From the NCBI GenBank assembly GCA_017610205.1, contig JAFCCL010000006.1, positions 58,553-122,552 on the forward strand: a stretch of 64,000 nucleotides of DNA, given 5' to 3'. Every line of letters begins with the position of its first letter. Position 1 is the stretch's first letter. The stretch is from Candidatus Iainarchaeum sp. GTDB lineage: Archaea; Iainarchaeota; Iainarchaeia; Iainarchaeales; GCA-2688035. The position numbers and the translations under genes are program-made. Shown here piece by piece: positions 28,165-38,483 of the stretch. The notes below the pieces were generated by a model. That model searched no databases. It worked only from the letters and a program-made list of their open reading frames with translations, and was not told the origin of the DNA.

Positions 28165-28240
28165 CTTTATTATTAATAATTTATATAACTTGTGTAAGAA
28201 TAGTAATATATACAACTTTTAGCAATAAATGTGATGAAAC

Positions 28241-28456
28241 ATGGATTTTAAAGTGGCAATTTCAAAGGATGAAGATGGTATTTACATAGCCGAATGTATT
28301 GACCTTCCAGGCTGTGTTTCAGATGGAAGCACAATGCAGGAAGCCAAAAAAAATGTCAAAGAAGCAATAGAAGCCTATTTGGAAAGCCTTGAAAAGCACG
28401 GTGAAAAAATTCCTTCAAAACACTCCGAGATTGTAAGAATAAGCGTCTGCACATAA
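28241..28456 (+). CDS. hicB: HicB family antitoxin
   Basis: YIAECIDLPGCVSDGSTMQEAKKNVKEAIEAYLE. Confidence 0.9.
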   Translation: MDFKVAISKDEDGIYIAECIDLPGCVSDGSTMQEAKKNVKEAIEAYLESLEKHGEKIPSKHSEIVRISVCT

Positions 28457-28517
28457 ACGCAAAGTTTTTCTAATTCAACGGTAAACATAAGACTCCCCCT
28501 TTAAGAGGTGTTTTTTT

Positions 28518-29432
28518 ATGGAAAAAATCAAGGATATTGAACTAAACGGAAAAAATTCAAAAGAAATGGTCAATGAAATGAAAACAGTTGGCTTTCAGGC
28601 AACTCATCTGGCACAAGCTGTTGAACTTATAGAACAAATGAAAAAAGAAAACGCAACAATATTTTTGGGTTTTACAGCAAACTTAATGGCCTCAGGATTG
28701 AGGGGAATTGTAAAAGAATTGTGCAAAAAAAAGTTTGTTGACGCAATTGTAACAACTGCAGGAAGCATTGACCACGACATCATCAAAAGCAGCATGCCAT
28801 ACAATCTTGGAACATTCCAGGCAAACGATGTAGAACTGCACCAAAAAGGCATTAATAGAATTGGAAACATTTTTGTTGAAACAAAAGGATTTGAGCTCCT
28901 GGAAGAAAAAATGCAGCAATGGTTAAAGGAAATTTACAGCAAAGAAAAAATTGTCAGCCCAAGCCAGCTTACAAAATTCATTGGAGAAAAGCTTCCAAAA
29001 GAAAGCTTTTTGCACTGGTGCAATACAAACAACATCCCGGTGTTCTGCCCGGGAATAACAGACGGGGCAATAGGAATGCAAATGTATTTCTTCAAACAAG
29101 AACACGCAGACTTTGCAATGGACGTAACAAAAGACATGAAAGAGCTGGCAGACCTTGTTCTGACAGCAGACAAAACAGGCGCAATAATTCTCGGAGGCGG
29201 AATTTCAAAACACCACATAATCGGCGCAAACATTCTAAGAGAAGGACTTGATTACGCGGTTTACATTTCAACAGCTGCAGAATTTGACGGAAGCCTTTCA
29301 GGAGCACAAACAAGAGAAGCAAAAAGCTGGGGCAAATTAAAGGAAAGAGGAAACAGCGTGCAGGTAAACTGTGACGCAACAATTGCACTTCCCCTAGTCG
29401 CTACTGCTTTAAAGGAAAAAGGAGTACTGTAA
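28518..29432 (+). CDS. dys: Deoxyhypusine synthase
   Basis: GFQAT, FTANLMASGLR, GINRIGN, PGITDGAIG, GGGISKHH, DGSLSGA...EAKSWGK, DATIALP. Confidence 0.95.
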   Translation: MEKIKDIELNGKNSKEMVNEMKTVGFQATHLAQAVELIEQMKKENATIFLGFTANLMASGLRGIVKELCKKKFVDAIVTTAGSIDHDIIKSSMPYNLGTFQANDVELHQKGINRIGNIFVETKGFELLEEKMQQWLKEIYSKEKIVSPSQLTKFIGEKLPKESFLHWCNTNNIPVFCPGITDGAIGMQMYFFKQEHADFAMDVTKDMKELADLVLTADKTGAIILGGGISKHHIIGANILREGLDYAVYISTAAEFDGSLSGAQTREAKSWGKLKERGNSVQVNCDATIALPLVATALKEKGVL

Positions 29433-29491
29433 AAAAAAAAGGAATTGCTTGCAATGATTACAACCAGTACTTGCAGTAAAGAGGAATTACA

Positions 29492-30502
29492 ATGATTACA
29501 GTAATAACTTATTTGCTAATGTTTGCCTGCGGAGCATTTACAAAATTCGCAGACAATTTAATTGACGAACCATTCAAATCAAAATTTCCATGGCTGCAAT
29601 ATGCCACAGCTGCAATTTACGGAATTCTTGCAGGATACCTTGCAACAGGCTCAACAGAATTTGCAACACTAATAATTGCAATCACAATAGGAGTGTTGTT
29701 TGCGGGAAAAATTGATTCAAAAGCACACCAGCTTGCAATTGCAATAATTTTTGTAACAATTGCACTGCGAGGTTTGCCCTCAATAGACATTCTTCTGCTT
29801 GCAGCCCTTGTTATTCTTGGATTTCTTGACGACGCCTTAAACGATTTTGTAGACAATGCAAAAGAAAAAGGAAAACACATTAATTCAACAATAAGACACA
29901 TTGTAAGCGCAAGGCTTTCACTGGAAATCGGAACACTTGCATTAGGGCTTTGGACAGGAAACTTTGTTTACTTCCTTTCAATATTTTCATTCGACCTTGC
30001 ATACAACATTGTGGACAAGGCAATGCCGTTGTTTATGAAAATGTTTAATCCAGAATACGGGCCACAGCTGGTTGTTGATTTGTACAAATGCAATGCAAAA
30101 AAACTAGGTGACAAAAATTTTATCAAAAAAACGCTTGTGGAATTTCCTGCAAAAATCGGAATGAGAAAAATTTCCAAAGCATTTGTCTTCAAATACAATC
30201 CAAAAAACAAGGAAGAACAAGGACTAAGCGCATTTGTGCTAATAGCAGAATCACACATTACAATACACACATATCCACTAAGGCAGCTTGCAAAAATAGA
30301 TATAGTTTCATGCAAGGGATTTGATCAGGAAAAGGCAGCAGCAATGCTAAAAAAAACATTCAATGCAAAAGAAGCAGAAGCCAAATCACTCTACAGGGGA
30401 AAACACTATCCAAAAGACCTGAAAAAATCAGCAGAACTTGCAAAAAAAGAGCGCTCAAAAAGCACAGTTTGCAAAACGCAGGCAACTATGCTGAAGGAGT
30501 AA
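29492..30502 (+). CDS. Multi-TM membrane domain fused to a pyruvoyl AdoMet decarboxylase (SpeD-like)
   Basis: About 175 aa of TM helices, then YGPQLVVDLYKC...GLSAFVLIAE|SHITIHTYP...IDIVSC. Confidence 0.8.
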   Translation: MITVITYLLMFACGAFTKFADNLIDEPFKSKFPWLQYATAAIYGILAGYLATGSTEFATLIIAITIGVLFAGKIDSKAHQLAIAIIFVTIALRGLPSIDILLLAALVILGFLDDALNDFVDNAKEKGKHINSTIRHIVSARLSLEIGTLALGLWTGNFVYFLSIFSFDLAYNIVDKAMPLFMKMFNPEYGPQLVVDLYKCNAKKLGDKNFIKKTLVEFPAKIGMRKISKAFVFKYNPKNKEEQGLSAFVLIAESHITIHTYPLRQLAKIDIVSCKGFDQEKAAAMLKKTFNAKEAEAKSLYRGKHYPKDLKKSAELAKKERSKSTVCKTQATMLKE

Positions 30503-30662
30503 TTGCCCTAACAACCAAAACCAGTGCAATAACAGCAATTGCCGCACCAATAACAAATTCTGGCGAAAGCTTTGGACCGCTTGTATCTGCGTCAAAAAAC
30601 CTTACAATTCCCAAACTACTGCTTGGTCCGCTAACAGCAGGACCCCTATTTAACTTAACCAT
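30486..30662 (-). CDS. secG: Preprotein translocase subunit Sec61beta
   Basis: PSSSLGIVRFFDADTSGPKLSPEFVI plus one TM. Confidence 0.88.
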   Translation of the reverse strand: MVKLNRGPAVSGPSSSLGIVRFFDADTSGPKLSPEFVIGAAIAVIALVLVVRAITPSA

Positions 30663-30764
30663 TTTAAAACACCAAAAATGCGCCAAAAAAGGCACAATAT
30701 AAAGATTTTAATAGTTGTTAAGATATAAAAATGATAACGTTTAAGAAAAAAAAGGCTGAAAACC

Positions 30765-31766
30765 ATGCAAAACGAAATACTGATACAAAATGGCATTAGG
30801 GCAATTATTCTAATAGCAATGATTTTTGTTTTACTATTTTTGCTGACATTTACAGGAGTAATAGGATGCAGTGAAATTCCAATGGCAGGAGAAGCATGGT
30901 GCGACGTTTACTGGACAATCAAAACCTATACAACAGGCGGACCACGCGTTCTAATAGTATACGGAGACTCAGGTCTTGGAAACCCAATAGGGTTTAACAA
31001 CGGAAGCCTTGAAGAACTTCTTGCAGACCCAAATCTTCTTTCGGTTCACGCAGATACACAGCATATTGACAACCTAAGCTACGGAGTTCTGCAAAACTAT
31101 GACATAGTAATAGTTGACAGGGCAAAAGAAATTGAAACAAAGCAATTAAGGATGTTTATAGACTATGCATCAAATCCAACAGGCGGAGTACTTGTATGGA
31201 CAGGTGATGCAGGAACCAAACTTGGACCAAATGACCACCCGGTTTACACAGAAGACAAAGATCCTTCCACAGATACAAATACAATCCTTGGACCATGGTC
31301 AAGAAGAGACGAAGATTACATAATTTCGTTTGATGAGCTTTTAGGAGTAAAGCCTGTTGACAATGAAAAAATTACTTTCTGCGAACTCTTTTCATGCCGT
31401 GAAGGAATGCCAATGCTGGCAGGAAATATTGAAACAGAACCAAGCGGAAACCACCCGCTTATAAGAGGAATTACAAGATCGCTGCCATTATATGTCTTCA
31501 AAGGAGAAGACTTTGGAATTGTTGAAACACTTTCAGGAGGAATTACAAACGAAGTCCTCTCCCTTGACTTTGGAAGCAAAATGAGCGTAGCCGGATATGA
31601 CCTCAACAAAAGTGTGCCACTAATTGTAACATCGGGAATCGGTGAAAGAATAATTTACTACGCGCTTCCCATTGAATACTATGCAAACCCCGAACTTGAA
31701 AAGGCAGGAAAAGCAACATACCTGCTTCCAATAGAAAACATGTACTACGGAATCATAAAAGGGTGA
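30765..31766 (+). CDS. Membrane-anchored extracellular protein (GATase-I-like fold possible)
   Basis: N-terminal TM; LQNYDIVIVD...GGVLVWTGDAG; paralogous to 36434-37282. Confidence 0.6.
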   Translation: MQNEILIQNGIRAIILIAMIFVLLFLLTFTGVIGCSEIPMAGEAWCDVYWTIKTYTTGGPRVLIVYGDSGLGNPIGFNNGSLEELLADPNLLSVHADTQHIDNLSYGVLQNYDIVIVDRAKEIETKQLRMFIDYASNPTGGVLVWTGDAGTKLGPNDHPVYTEDKDPSTDTNTILGPWSRRDEDYIISFDELLGVKPVDNEKITFCELFSCREGMPMLAGNIETEPSGNHPLIRGITRSLPLYVFKGEDFGIVETLSGGITNEVLSLDFGSKMSVAGYDLNKSVPLIVTSGIGERIIYYALPIEYYANPELEKAGKATYLLPIENMYYGIIKG

Positions 31767-31845
31767 AGCAACGCATTAAATAAAAAAATCTGGCAATTAA
31801 AAAAAACAAAGCATTAAATAAAAAAAAACCTTTAATTAACACAGC

Positions 31846-34254
31846 ATGCAACAAAAACACATTGCAACAGCACTAATTTTTATAGCCTTGATAAGCACAG
31901 CAAACGCAGCTACTTACTATGTGGCGCCCTACGGTAACGACGCGCATACAAAACAACAAGCACAAAATGCCACAACTCCTTGGGCCACCATAAACTATGG
32001 AACTAGCCAGCTATTAGCCGGCGATACTCTTTTGGTTAGAGAAGGAACGTATAGAGAAAGTGTTAATATAAAGGTAAATGGCACAGAAGCAGATAGAATT
32101 ACCATAAAAGCATATTTAGGAGAAAAGCCAATTCTAGAAGGCACGCAAGTCACAGGTGGTTGGGCAAAGTGCGTGTCTAAAGAGGAATGCCTTGACAATA
32201 TTAATTGGCAGAATATCTACTATGCAAAAACGAACATAAATCCAGAAGAAAAACTGTTTTTTGAAGATGGAGAATATCTACAAATAGCTCAAGAGCCTAA
32301 CCAAAGCGATCCTGCCTTAGAGCAGGTTAGCGAATTTAGCTCTCTTGAGAATGAAGGAAACAATTTTGGGCATCAAATAATAGCAATAAATCCAGGGCAA
32401 GCAGAAGTTGGTTCTTTTAGTATATCAGACCCAGATGGTTTTTATTCAACGTTGTTTAAAGAGGGGGAAACAATTATTGTAGGAATTAAAAGCGGGTCAA
32501 ATAAGAACAATGGAAACTACAGTTTGACAATGGATGCAACTAACCTTAATGGTACCACAACACTTACTGTTGATAGAGAGGTTTTTGATGCACTTTATGA
32601 TAACATTGAAGTTGAAAACCAGAGATTTTTTGTTGATAGTGATAAATTAATTCAAGATGATGATTATTGGAATGGAACAAAAATAAGATTTTGGTCTCAT
32701 GCAGCAAATAACTGGGTTGACACAAAATATGTGAAAAGATTTATCCAAGCCAGACACATGGTTGTTTTTGATGTTCCTCTTGGCTGGGCAGTTTCTCCTG
32801 GAGGAACAAGCCCTGATGCATATTCATTCCAAAACCATCCATTAATTTTAGATAAAGCAGATGAATATTATTATACCACACAGCCAGATATAGATGGGAA
32901 TTATACAGTTTATTTGTGGCCAAGAAATGCTTCAGATTTAGACAATAAAATCGGCATTTCTATTTTCATAAGAGGCTTTTACATTAATTCTAAATATGGG
33001 AGTTATGTAACTATAGACGGTTTTACTATTAGAAGCTATTCTGGGACTGAAGGGGGCACTCGATCAGGCGGAATTATCTGTCCCTATGGTTTTAACCATG
33101 AGAGTTTAATAATAAAAAATAACCTTGTTTATAACAACAAAGGGTATGGCGGGATTGCAATAAGTTCAGGCAATTATGATATAGTTGAAGGCAATCTTGT
33201 TTACAACATTTTGGATGGATTCGGAATTTTACTTGCAGGAACAAATGGAAAAGCAACAGGAAACAATATTACAAAAACAGGGAGGACCTGTCTTTATGTA
33301 AGTTTAAAAAAAGGGTTACTTACGAACAATGTTCTTGGTATCGGCTCTACCCATGCAAATGGAATAAGTATCTATGCAGGGAACGAAAATATTTTAGTGT
33401 CTGGCAACAGGTTTATGAATAACAACTTAACTTTTCAAAGCTGCCGCAATCTTACAATTTATAACAATATATTGGACAGCAAAGAAGGAAACTATGTTAT
33501 CGCAGACTGGAGCAAAAATGGAGAAAACGTTTACATTTTTAACAACATAATCACAGGCACTAGCAATAATGCTGCTCTTTATGCAACATCTCCAACAACC
33601 ACTTCTAAAAATAATATAATTGGAGGAAGCTCTACTATTAACAGAAGCCATAATATTTACATTGCAAGAGCTTGGAACCAAAAACCAAGTTATGGGTGGT
33701 TATTGCAGGAAGAAGAAATTGTTGCAGACGGAACAACAATATACGGTCCGGCATATACAGTTAATGACATTTTTCAGGATATTTCCACATCCTATGAATT
33801 AAAAGAAAACAGCATCGCAATTGACAAGGGGACAAACATTATAACCGAGTTACCGGATTATTTACAAGATCCATTTTTCGCAGAGGTTGATTTTTTAAAA
33901 GATATTGATGGAAATCCACGGCCACAAGGCAATGGATTTGACATTGGACCATACGAATTTCAAAGCAATGCAACGCAAACATGCGCTGGCACTGACTCAA
34001 ACTGTGGCACCTGGCCAAACTGCCAAAACTGCAACAGCCAAGACGGCTGCATTGAAACAGCTTACAGAAACTACAGCTGTGAAGGAACAAACTGCAGCTA
34101 CACAGAACAAGCAGACGACCCAAGATGCCAAGCAGTAGAATGCGTTGACCTAACAGCACTAACAGACCACATTTCCCAATGGAAACAAGGCAACCTAACA
34201 ATGCTTGCTCTAATGGAAAAGATTCAATTGTGGAAAGCAGAAACAGGATGCTAA
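31846..34254 (+). CDS. Secreted parallel beta-helix (pectin-lyase-like) surface protein with Cys-rich and dockerin-like C-terminus
   Basis: Signal peptide; TYYVAPYGND..PWATI...LVREGTYRE; NN-ladder repeats; DIDGNPRPQGNGFDIGPYE; Cys-rich linker; CVDLTAL...WKQG...WK. Confidence 0.8.
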   Translation: MQQKHIATALIFIALISTANAATYYVAPYGNDAHTKQQAQNATTPWATINYGTSQLLAGDTLLVREGTYRESVNIKVNGTEADRITIKAYLGEKPILEGTQVTGGWAKCVSKEECLDNINWQNIYYAKTNINPEEKLFFEDGEYLQIAQEPNQSDPALEQVSEFSSLENEGNNFGHQIIAINPGQAEVGSFSISDPDGFYSTLFKEGETIIVGIKSGSNKNNGNYSLTMDATNLNGTTTLTVDREVFDALYDNIEVENQRFFVDSDKLIQDDDYWNGTKIRFWSHAANNWVDTKYVKRFIQARHMVVFDVPLGWAVSPGGTSPDAYSFQNHPLILDKADEYYYTTQPDIDGNYTVYLWPRNASDLDNKIGISIFIRGFYINSKYGSYVTIDGFTIRSYSGTEGGTRSGGIICPYGFNHESLIIKNNLVYNNKGYGGIAISSGNYDIVEGNLVYNILDGFGILLAGTNGKATGNNITKTGRTCLYVSLKKGLLTNNVLGIGSTHANGISIYAGNENILVSGNRFMNNNLTFQSCRNLTIYNNILDSKEGNYVIADWSKNGENVYIFNNIITGTSNNAALYATSPTTTSKNNIIGGSSTINRSHNIYIARAWNQKPSYGWLLQEEEIVADGTTIYGPAYTVNDIFQDISTSYELKENSIAIDKGTNIITELPDYLQDPFFAEVDFLKDIDGNPRPQGNGFDIGPYEFQSNATQTCAGTDSNCGTWPNCQNCNSQDGCIETAYRNYSCEGTNCSYTEQADDPRCQAVECVDLTALTDHISQWKQGNLTMLALMEKIQLWKAETGC

Positions 34255-34318
34255 AAAAAAACAAGAGAAAACAATTATATAGGAATTTGAAGCAATAGAA
34301 TTAAAGAAAGTGGAAAAA

Positions 34319-34576
34319 ATGGGTAAAAAAATTATTTTAGTGTTTGCTGCCTTAGTGATTTTGGCTGGTGGCAGCCTTGCTTCCGGTGTTTCAAGAAGCT
34401 TTAGCAGCAATGTTGAACCAGGAGCCGACCTCAAAGTAATGCTTATCGTAGAGACTGAAGGCGATGAAACTTACTATGCAATAGACGAATTGGTGCCAAA
34501 AGGCTGGACAGTAAAAAGCAGCGGAAGCGAAAGACCAAATAAGATAAAAGCAATAGAAGGAAAAATCGATGAATAA
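34319..34576 (+). pseudogene. Truncated paralog of the N-terminal domain of the downstream surface protein
   Basis: VSRSFS...ETYYAIDELVPKGWTV matches VSRNFS...ETYYAIDESIPTGWTV, then diverges and stops. Confidence 0.6.
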
Positions 34577-36059
34577 CAAAGCTGTTTTGCTATTTGCAAT
34601 TTTTGTAATGTTTTTTGGAAGCGCTTATGCGTCAACAGTTTCAAGAAACTTTAGTGAGACAACAGTTGAAATTGACAGTAATGTAACTGTAACACTAACT
34701 GTTGACATTACCGGAAGTGAAACTTATTATGCAATAGACGAAAGCATTCCAACAGGGTGGACAGTGGCTTATGCTGATAACGAACCTGATTCAATACAAC
34801 AGTCAGGGCATATAAAATTGGTTGTGATAGAAAACGCGACAAACACGACACACACATACATTCTGACAGCACCAAACCAAGCCGAAACAACAACCTTTTT
34901 AGGCATATACATGCTTGAGGGAATGAACAATGAAGCGCAAATTTCTGGAGAAAACCAAGTAACTGTTGCTTCAGACAGCTGCGCAACAGATGATGATTGC
35001 CCTAGCCAAATATGCTGCAGCAGAATATGCATCAATCCAGCATGCAGCCTGAACTCAGATTGCGACGACGGAGACGCCTGCACAACAGACTCCTGCGGTG
35101 ATGGAGGCACCTGCACAGCAGCCTGCTCAAACACGCCAATAGAAGGATGTGGCGAAGAACCAGAGCCAGCATCAGGGCCAGGAGGCGGAAGCTCAGGAGG
35201 CGGTGGAGACACTGGCAACAGGTTAACCATCAACATAGAAGGAAGCTGCCTAAGGCAACCAATCACTATAACAGTACTAAACCAACAAGGAAATCCGTTA
35301 ACAGGAGCATTTACAAGAGTAACAAAAAACCGGACAACTGTTGAAACAAAAACAACAAACCAGACAGGAAAAAACACATTTGTATTTGAAGAACCAGGAG
35401 AATACACAATCTACACAACCAAACCAGGATACCATGCAAACACCAAAACAATCCAAGTCAGAGAATGCAAACCACCAACAGCACACTTCGAACAAGAAAT
35501 AAAAACAGGCCAAACACAAACAATAACACTAACAACAGATGACGGCAATACAATAACAGACTTCAACGTCCTGATAACATACCCAAACAATACAACAGCA
35601 CTGCTTGAAGCAAAAGATGGGGCGATAATACTGCCAGCAGAGGAAGCAGGAACATACACAGCAACAGTAACAACAACAGACTTTCAAACAACAGTAAACT
35701 TTGAAGCAACAACACCAATGCAAATAATCCCAAACATCAAACCAGACGCAAGACCAGTAGTCAGCGCAGTACTAGGAGAAGAAACAGTCCAAACACCAAA
35801 CTACCTAATCATATGGATACTAGCAGTAGCAATCATAAGTGGACTAATCATAGAAATAACAAAAGTCAAGCCAGGATGGTTCAGAATATTCATGGCAACA
35901 ACATACACAACCCTGCCATTAGTAGTAAATTACTACACAAACATCTGGATAGCCTTCGCAACAATAGCAATACAAACAGTAATCCTAACAGCACTATACT
36001 TCAACCAATGGAGAATAAAAAAAGCACTACAAGCAATAAGCAAACTTGAAAATAATTAA
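34569..36059 (+). CDS. Cell-surface protein (Ig-like domain, Cys-rich module, Gly/Ser linker, C-terminal TMs)
   Basis: Signal peptide, CDDGDACTTDSC module, GGGSSGGGG linker, prealbumin-like segment, three C-terminal TMs. Confidence 0.75.
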   Translation: MNNKAVLLFAIFVMFFGSAYASTVSRNFSETTVEIDSNVTVTLTVDITGSETYYAIDESIPTGWTVAYADNEPDSIQQSGHIKLVVIENATNTTHTYILTAPNQAETTTFLGIYMLEGMNNEAQISGENQVTVASDSCATDDDCPSQICCSRICINPACSLNSDCDDGDACTTDSCGDGGTCTAACSNTPIEGCGEEPEPASGPGGGSSGGGGDTGNRLTINIEGSCLRQPITITVLNQQGNPLTGAFTRVTKNRTTVETKTTNQTGKNTFVFEEPGEYTIYTTKPGYHANTKTIQVRECKPPTAHFEQEIKTGQTQTITLTTDDGNTITDFNVLITYPNNTTALLEAKDGAIILPAEEAGTYTATVTTTDFQTTVNFEATTPMQIIPNIKPDARPVVSAVLGEETVQTPNYLIIWILAVAIISGLIIEITKVKPGWFRIFMATTYTTLPLVVNYYTNIWIAFATIAIQTVILTALYFNQWRIKKALQAISKLENN

Positions 36060-36433
36060 AAAAAAATGTTTGATTAATGCGGCAATTTTTTTCAGCAAAT
36101 CTTTTCTTTGCTTTTTTGGAAACTTTTGTTTTCTTTGAAGCCATCTATAAAAATAAAGGAAAAAGAGAATTTAGTACTTTGCCTTCAAGAAGTTTTTAAA
36201 CAAGGTCCAACTTAAGCAAAATCTAATTAACCAACAAAAGTCCAATCCATGAAATGGCAACAGAATTTACCTACAACGCCAAGGAAAAGAAAAGCTTTAT
36301 AAATAACAAAAGACTTCTATTGACTTAGAGTGCCTCCCTCAAAAAGGAAAGGTTAAAAAGGGAGAAAAGCACCAAATATTAATAGAATTATTAACATATT
36401 AATTGGAAAAAATTAACGAAGGTGAGTATTAGG

Positions 36434-37282
36434 ATGTATCCAGAAGACGCAGGAGGAGAACCGGCACAAGGTGGCGGAATGAAAGCAGGCGTTACAAGAA
36501 ATCTTGAGGCCCTAATTCCGTTAATTCTGATTGTCATAATAGCTGCATTCTTAGGTCACAAATTTGGATTGTGGACAATCCCATTTTTGGGAGGAGATAA
36601 TCAGGTCCAGATGCTGGTAGTAGGCCAGCCAAGTGTTGACCTGCTTGCAGACCTTGACAACCAGCGAGATTTGGTATACTACAGAGTAAAAGATGCTTCA
36701 GATTTAGATGCAGCACCACAAGAGCAGCTAGCTCAATATGACATTGTTTTGCTTGACCAGCATATGGGAATAACGCCATATGACAAAAGTGTCTCAAGGA
36801 CTTTTGGCGAAGCACTTGAAAACTATGTCAAAACAGGCGGAAAGCTAATAACCGTAATGGATTCAGGAATTTATAGATCTGGAGGAATTTACGGAACAGG
36901 GGTTGCATCAGACGTAATAGGTTGGAGAGCAACATTTGGCGATATTATACCAGTTGAATGTGATCTTGGGCCAAACGACATTCCGACATGCAAGCAGCCA
37001 ATTGCAACAACAGGCAAAATTTACAGGTTGGACTTTGACAACAAAATGATGGAAGGCATAGAAGTTGCCCCAGCAGACCCAAGATATGGTCCACTGAACA
37101 TACTAACATTTGATGTCAAACCAAACGGAAATCAGGTTGCCTACATAAAACATATTGCGACTGCAAGCAACTACCCAGGAATAGTTGAAAAAAATCTCCT
37201 AATAGGAAAAAGCATTTACTTCAACTACGACCCAGCTATAACTCCTGGAATCTGGCAAAACACTCTGGAATATCTGCGCTAA
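36434..37282 (+). CDS. Membrane-anchored protein, paralog of 30765-31766
   Basis: TM followed by LAQYDIVLLDQ...YVKTGGKLITVMDSG. Confidence 0.6.
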   Translation: MYPEDAGGEPAQGGGMKAGVTRNLEALIPLILIVIIAAFLGHKFGLWTIPFLGGDNQVQMLVVGQPSVDLLADLDNQRDLVYYRVKDASDLDAAPQEQLAQYDIVLLDQHMGITPYDKSVSRTFGEALENYVKTGGKLITVMDSGIYRSGGIYGTGVASDVIGWRATFGDIIPVECDLGPNDIPTCKQPIATTGKIYRLDFDNKMMEGIEVAPADPRYGPLNILTFDVKPNGNQVAYIKHIATASNYPGIVEKNLLIGKSIYFNYDPAITPGIWQNTLEYLR

Positions 37283-37519
37283 TGCAAAGGCATTCCAGCA
37301 ATTTTTTCTTTTTTAAAAAAAAACCAGGCACAGCCTTAGACAGTGTAGGGAATGATATTAGACATTGCATAATTCACTAATTACGATAAAATGGTAAAAT
37401 AAAACATATTTATAAAAAAAGGTTGTAGGCATATTTTTTTAGAAAAGGCAGTTTGCCTTTAAGAAATTAGATAACAGAATTTCAAAAAAAATAGCGTACA
37501 TCAGGGAGGTGTGCTTTGG

Positions 37520-37792
37520 ATGACTGGGGATAACATTGTTTTCGTTGGAAAAAAAGGAACAATGGCATATGTTTTGGCTGTTGTAACACAAATGAATCAG
37601 GGTGCAAAAATCATTCAAATAAAAGCCAGAGGAAGAGCAATCAGTCGGGCTGTTGACGTCGCAGAAATTGTAAGAAACAAGTTTGTGATAGAGAGCAAGA
37701 TTGACAACATAAACATTTCAACAGAAGAAATCAAAACAGAGGAAGGAACACCTTTGAAGGTTTCAGCAATAGAAATAACACTATCAAAATAA
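37520..37792 (+). CDS. albA: DNA/RNA-binding protein Alba
   Basis: [15 protein letters not shown]...[16 protein letters not shown]...VSAIEI; GGGAGGT RBS. Confidence 0.96.
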   Translation: MTGDNIVFVGKKGTMAYVLAVVTQMNQGAKIIQIKARGRAISRAVDVAEIVRNKFVIESKIDNINISTEEIKTEEGTPLKVSAIEITLSK

Positions 37793-37979
37793 TTGTTTTT
37801 GAAAGGAATTGATTCTTTCCTTTCAAACTTTCTTATTCTTTCTTGAAATACAGAAAAACAGCATAAACCTCGTTTCTGCACAAAAAGCCTGGTTTGAAAC
37901 CCAAAGTTGTACTCCCTTCTTGTGCAAACATCCTGAAAAGCAAAGCTTTATTAATGTCATGACACTATCATGATACATC

Positions 37980-38483
37980 ATGTCAAGTCATGATTCAACA
38001 AAGCAGCTTGAAGACCTGTTTGGGGACGCGGAGTTAGTCAAGAAAATTTCTCCAAAGTTTTCCGAACTGAGCCTTGATTTGCAGGAGATTAGCAGGCAGT
38101 GCAAAAACCCAATGTTTTTGGCAGTGTTGCTTTTCAAGCTTTCAGAGGAAAGGGAAAAGACAAACAAAATGCTTGAAGACATTCATGACAAGTTTGACCA
38201 AATAATGTTCAAAATGAAAACGGCTGAACTGGATCATACCCCTTTGCAGCAAAGCAGAGTTGACTCGCCTAGCTCAATTCTCTCAGAGCAGGACCAGATG
38301 ATAATGCACATGGTCCAATCAAATGGAAAAGCAACAGCCGAGGAAATAAAAGCGGAACTCGGCTATAAGGGAAGAAACGCAGCTTCCCAAAGATTGAACC
38401 GCTTATTCAAAGAAGGGCATTTAAGAAAACTACAATCAGGGAGGAAAGTATTGTATTTGGCAAGGAATACCCAAATTCCTTAA
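37980..38483 (+). CDS. Coiled-coil plus C-terminal winged-helix protein
   Basis: LSEQDQMIMHMV...ATAEEIKAELGYKGRNAASQRLNRLFKEGHL. Confidence 0.7.
   Translation: MSSHDSTKQLEDLFGDAELVKKISPKFSELSLDLQEISRQCKNPMFLAVLLFKLSEEREKTNKMLEDIHDKFDQIMFKMKTAELDHTPLQQSRVDSPSSILSEQDQMIMHMVQSNGKATAEEIKAELGYKGRNAASQRLNRLFKEGHLRKLQSGRKVLYLARNTQIP

Noticed and set aside
29441-29505. Duplicated caatgattaca around the start of the AdoMetDC fusion
   Set aside because: Only 11 bp; likely a local slippage duplication with nothing enclosed.
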